A DNA stretch of 32,000 nucleotides, taken from positions 480,001 through 512,000 of the forward strand of contig NZ_CP042905.2 in the NCBI RefSeq assembly GCF_008000775.2. The letters are read 5' to 3'. This DNA comes from Promethearchaeum syntrophicum (GTDB lineage: Archaea; Asgardarchaeota; Lokiarchaeia; Sigyniarchaeales; Promethearchaeaceae). The number at the start of each line of letters is the position of its first letter. Within the stretch, counting starts at the first letter, position 1. The position numbers were made by a program, and so were the translations under genes. This document shows, in pieces, positions 30,635 to 32,000 of the stretch. Below the pieces are notes generated by a model, which did not search any database, was not told the origin of the DNA, and saw nothing but the letters and a program-made list of their open reading frames with translations.

Positions 30635-31615
30635 ATGAAATATAGAAAAATGGGAAAAACAGGGTTAAAATTAAGTGAAGTTGCTTTAGGCTCTTGGCTA
30701 ACTTTAGGAGGTAGTGTAGAGCGCGAAAAATCGAAGAAATGCATTCAAACTGCCATTGAAAATGGCGTTAACTATATCGATACAGCCGATGTGTATTCTG
30801 GGGGAGAGGCTGAAAAATTAATTGGAGAATTTCTGGCTGAAGAAACCGTAGATCGCAAAAATCTGGTAATTGCCTCCAAAGTCTATTGGCCGATGGGAGA
30901 AGGACCTAATAATAGAGGATTATCCAGAAAACACATAATGGAATCCATCCAAGGAACATTAGAACGATTAAATACAGATTATATTGATATTTACTTTTGT
31001 CACCGTTTTGATGTCAATACACCGATCAAGGAAATTATTGGGGCAATGGATGATATCGTTAAGTCAGGTCGATCTAATTATTGGGGAACTTCAGTATGGA
31101 CTGCCGCGAAATTGGAAAGAGCCGTAGCGGTTGCTAAAAGTATGAACGCACATCCTCCTCGTGTAGAACAACCCCAATATAATATGCTATCAAGATATAT
31201 TGAAACCGAAGTATTAGAAACAGTGAATCACTTAGGAATGGGGGTAGTAACGTTTTCTCCACTTGCACAAGGGATCCTCACAGGAAAATATAATGATGGT
31301 GTGCCGGAGGGCAGTAGAGGCGGGAGAACTGACTGGCTTAAATGGGACCTAAATGAACCAAATTTAGAAAAAGTTAGAAATCTTATTCCAATAGCAAAAG
31401 AATTAGATATTTCTATGGCTAATTTATCTTTAGCATGGATATTACGATGCAAAGAAATCACGAGTGTCATTACTGGTGCCTCTAAACCTGAACATGTTCT
31501 AGATAATGTAAAAACTACTGAAATTGAGCTCTCACAAGACATAATAGAACGAATTGAAAAAATTTTGGGTAATAAACCTGAGTTACCGGGTATGTATCAA
31601 CCTCCCGATATATAG
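30635..31615 (+). CDS. Aldo-keto reductase, Kv-beta (AKR6)-like subfamily
   Basis: 'MKYRKMGKTGLKLSEVALGSW', 'NYIDTADVYSGGEAEKLIG', 'NRGLSRKHIMESIQGTLERLNTDYIDIYFCHR.D.NTPI.E', 'YWGTS.W' and 'VEQPQYNML' are collinear with K+-channel beta-subunit-type AKRs. The track start is GTG 30626; the ATG is at 30635. Confidence 0.9.
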   Translation: MKYRKMGKTGLKLSEVALGSWLTLGGSVEREKSKKCIQTAIENGVNYIDTADVYSGGEAEKLIGEFLAEETVDRKNLVIASKVYWPMGEGPNNRGLSRKHIMESIQGTLERLNTDYIDIYFCHRFDVNTPIKEIIGAMDDIVKSGRSNYWGTSVWTAAKLERAVAVAKSMNAHPPRVEQPQYNMLSRYIETEVLETVNHLGMGVVTFSPLAQGILTGKYNDGVPEGSRGGRTDWLKWDLNEPNLEKVRNLIPIAKELDISMANLSLAWILRCKEITSVITGASKPEHVLDNVKTTEIELSQDIIERIEKILGNKPELPGMYQPPDI

Positions 31616-31741
31616 CAAAAGTAAGATTCGTCATTTTCCTTTTTTTGTAATTGTTAATATTTTAAAAGAAGTTCTTCATTATTAGCCATTATACAACTAG
31701 AATCACAGAAAAATTTTGGAAGAAAAAAGGAAAAAAAACCT

Positions 31742-31752
31742 AAAAAAAAAAA
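31742..31752 (-). terminator. Oligo-T (T11 on minus strand) terminator candidate after the partial coiled-coil gene
   Basis: An A11 run on the plus strand lies 14 nt beyond the stop at 31766-31768. A second A8 run is at 31731-31738. Confidence 0.35.
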
Positions 31753-31765
31753 GCAAAAATAACTT

Positions 31766-32000
31766 TTAAATTGCCATGGCTTTCTCAATTGCTTTTGTTT
31801 CTTGCTTAATTTGCTTTTCAAGCCCTTTAATTATTGAATTCTGTTCTTTCACCATCTTTTTTAATTCGGAATCCACTGCTTTCAATTTATTTGCTTTTTC
31901 TTTATCATGGATTTTAATATCCTTCTGGTACATAGAATTCTCTGTTTTAAAGGTTGTCTTTGCAAGCTTTAATTCTTCTTTAGCTTTGGCAAGGGCTGCG
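31766..32000 (-). CDS. C-terminal 78 codons of a coiled-coil protein (gene continues beyond window end)
   Basis: My own translation of the minus strand from nt 31999 is AALAKAKEELKLAKTTFKTENSMYQKDIKIHDKEKANKLKAVDSELKKMVKEQNSIIKGLEKQIKQETKAIEKAMAI*. The frame is open to the window edge with a TAA at 31766-31768. It has heptad-like K/E/A composition. A T11 run on the coding strand lies 14 nt downstream. Confidence 0.5.
   Translation of the reverse strand, partial: AALAKAKEELKLAKTTFKTENSMYQKDIKIHDKEKANKLKAVDSELKKMVKEQNSIIKGLEKQIKQETKAIEKAMAI

Noticed and set aside
30526-30744. 72-aa minus-strand ORF
   Set aside because: Antisense to the AKR 5' end and promoter.
31228-31542. 104-aa minus-strand ORF
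   Set aside because: Antisense to the AKR gene. The long antisense frame is explained by that gene's higher G+C content.
1-32000. CRISPR arrays, tandem repeats, IS elements, integrases, tRNA/rRNA genes
   Set aside because: I saw no regularly spaced direct repeats, no terminal inverted repeats flanking a transposase-like ORF, and no G+C-rich cloverleaf-capable segments in any intergenic region. The scan was visual, so short or degenerate repeats could have been missed.

Overview
AT-rich (about 30% G+C by eye), gene-dense chromosomal window. I support 32 protein-coding genes on both strands. Two of them run off the window edges, and one is a 54-codon zinc-ribbon ORF missing from the supplied track. 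There are also oligo-T terminator candidates and three intergenic palindromes. I recognised no rRNA, tRNA, C/D-box-like sRNA, CRISPR array, transposase, integrase or phage structural gene. Most content is housekeeping or metabolic: CorA, RidA, HAD, DEAD-box helicase, Fe-ADH, cupin, SDRs, AKR and a RecJ-type DHH nuclease. The window also carries several eukaryote-type proteins: a canonical-looking E2 ubiquitin-conjugating enzyme, a steroid-5-alpha-reductase divergently paired with a 3-beta-HSD-like extended SDR, a Kv-beta-type aldo-keto reductase and a NOL/NYC1-type SDR. Together with the RecJ/Cdc45-type gene and the base composition, these suggest an Asgard (Loki/Promethearchaeia-like) archaeon; this is inference only. 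I see no compact, clearly novel multi-gene system such as a defence island, secretion system or BGC. The most checkable oddities are: (1) three apparent pseudoenzymes or fusions, namely an EF-Tu-like protein lacking all G motifs, a ThiI-like THUMP protein lacking the PP-loop, and an ATC-hydrolase-like::P5C-reductase-like fusion; (2) a 5'-truncated, oversized type-III-Mod-like methyltransferase with no Res gene downstream; (3) a RecJ-like/nucleotidyltransferase/YggU operon; and (4) a perfect 8+8 palindrome in the promoter shared by the steroid-reductase-like pair. All family calls come from motif recognition by eye; no database search was run.
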